Shown here: piece by piece, positions 62,213 through 64,000 of the stretch
Layout: the number at the start of each line of letters is the position of its first letter
Numbering within the stretch: position 1 is the stretch's first letter
Made by a program: the position numbers and the translations under genes
Source of the DNA: Lama glama
Lineage: Eukaryota
NCBI GenBank assembly: GCA_028534125.1
Contig: CM052816.1
Span: forward strand, 75,456,001-75,520,000
DNA: 64,000 nt
Reading direction: 5' to 3'
Notes under the pieces: generated by a model
Seen by the model: the letters and a program-made list of their open reading frames with translations, nothing else
What the model was told of the DNA's origin: nothing
Database searches by the model: none

Positions 62213-64000
62213 GTGAGTAGCAGCTCAGGACCCTGGGGTCTGCTAAGGTGGTGTCCCCCTGGGACTGGTAGTACAGCACCCACAGTGTGTTTGGGGGGAC
62301 AATGCAAAAGATTCCACCCACAGGGAACGCTGACTTTCACCCTGTGTCAATGATGAGATCAAGCAGCAGGTAAGTAGTTATGGATCAAGCAGGTATCTTC
62401 AAATCTTACAAAGTGAGATCACTTTTCTTTTCCAACATAACCCTCCCATATTTTGAGGGAGCACAAGCTGTCTCATGCAACAAAATCAGAACTGATGTTT
62501 AACTGAAATTTTAGGTCAAGTGGAGAGCCATTAAAAAAGTGTAGTACACACTACTTTTTAATTAATTAAACATTTTATTTTAACTTAGAACAGAGAAAAA
62601 CACAAATTTTCACTAATTTTCAGACATAGCAACAAGCCCTTATTTCCTAGAGGGCCTCCTAATTTGAGTCCCAAAATTTCTTCCTCAAATTAAACAAATA
62701 CATAATTCATCATCTACATTGTCCCATATCAGTTTCCCTAAAACAATAGGTTTTTTAACTTTAAGTGGGACACTTCTGTAAAAAAAAAAAAACACCTCTG
62801 CTTGGGTCCAGCCCCTGATTCTGATGACACTGATCTGGGAGGACCCAGTATTTGGTGTTTGTATAAAATCTCTCCTAGTTAATCCAGATACAGCCAGAGT
62901 TGAGAACTACTATTTCGAAGAGAGGTGAAAATGTAAAGGCAGATTTGTAGCAAATTTGACTGGAAAATGCTTTTAAATTTATATATATATATTTTTCCTT
63001 AATCTTTTACAGTAGTCTCATCCATAAATAATTCAAAGCAAAATTCTTGCAAACCACTTTTAATTATTCAACATTTTCAATGTAGTTTTTATAAAAATAA
63101 CTTTTTTCCTCCTTTATCAGTTGATATATTTAATCAGCTTGCACAATTGTAATAGTGACTGGGATACAGAGATCTGGAAACAAACCTCCCTGACTCATGG
63201 TAAACCTATAGCAGGACTGATCGGGGCAGAAGGGTGAAGCTGTGGAAGAAGTTCAAGGTTCAACAGGCAGCTGGCACAGAGGGGCTGAGAACCCTGGTTA
63301 GTCTGACGTGTTGGTTACTTGCAGGACAGTGAAAGGAGCTTCTACTAATTTATATCTTCCAAATTTCTCAACATGCTTGTTCAAACAATGTCTCATTTTT
63401 AATCAGAGAAGCCTTGAGGATCTGTCTAAGCTTAGCCTATTTTGTGTATGAAAAAACCAAAAGTATAGAGAAGCTAAATTAGACCAAAGGTCGGACAGCC
63501 TCGGTCAAACAAGAATTGTGTAGCGTCTCTACTAATTCCTCAAGCTCTCTGCCATCTTGCCTTCTTTATCCTCATCTGGGCTTTTATAATATGTGAAGGA
63601 AAAGGAGGCATAGCCTGTTATATAACCTTGAAAGTATTGATAAAGACATCTCCTGGAAATTTGTGAGAACTTCAGTTTAGTACTGTGGCTTGATTTCACT
63701 TGACTCCCGATCATATAGGTCAATGGGATGGGTGTGTTTGGGAACCACAGACTTAAGAAAATTAAGAGCATCTGGGCATTTTAAGTAGCATCTTCTTCTT
63801 TATACAAATAACAGTGCACATCCACACACACGCCATGCGGGCACACACACTCATGCACTCACACGTGCCTCTGTGTTTGGAAAAGAAATTAAAATTTTAA
63901 TCCAAACTGAGAGATAATGAAATGTTCCACATCTAGATAAAGGAAAGAAATATCACATCTCATATACTTTCTCTGCAACAACACTGACAGGAAGATCAAT

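Noticed and set aside
1..64000. A novel multi-gene or prokaryotic-type system (operon, CRISPR array, defence island)
   Set aside because: The window is one spliced mammalian gene plus interspersed repeats. I saw no regularly spaced repeat-spacer array and no unexplained long ORF.

Overview
This is eukaryotic (mammalian) DNA, AT-rich and dense in repeats. It holds the 5' three-quarters of the complement component C6 gene on the + strand. Visible parts are a non-coding first exon (~28836-28969) and eleven coding exons with canonical AG/GT boundaries, equivalent to human exons 2-4 and 8-15. These encode the signal peptide, TSP1 x2, start of LDLa, C-terminal MACPF, EGF, TSP1 and CCP x2. Exons equivalent to 5-7 are absent, and exon 4 and exon 8 are phase-incompatible; they most likely lie in the 500-N gap at 41004-41503. 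The FIMAC exons and stop codon lie beyond the window. Three tRNA-derived Vic-1-like SINEs point to a camelid genome. The rest is L1, ERV/LTR, MaLR, hAT/MER, L2 and MIR relics. I found no evidence of a new multi-gene biological system. The best leads are the missing exons, tandem uORFs in exon 1, a candidate liver enhancer with an ER6 element, a T8A8 run in coding sequence, and L1 footprints (twin-priming inversion, 3' transduction). Repeat family names and exon numbers come from recalled consensus and human sequences, not from a database search.
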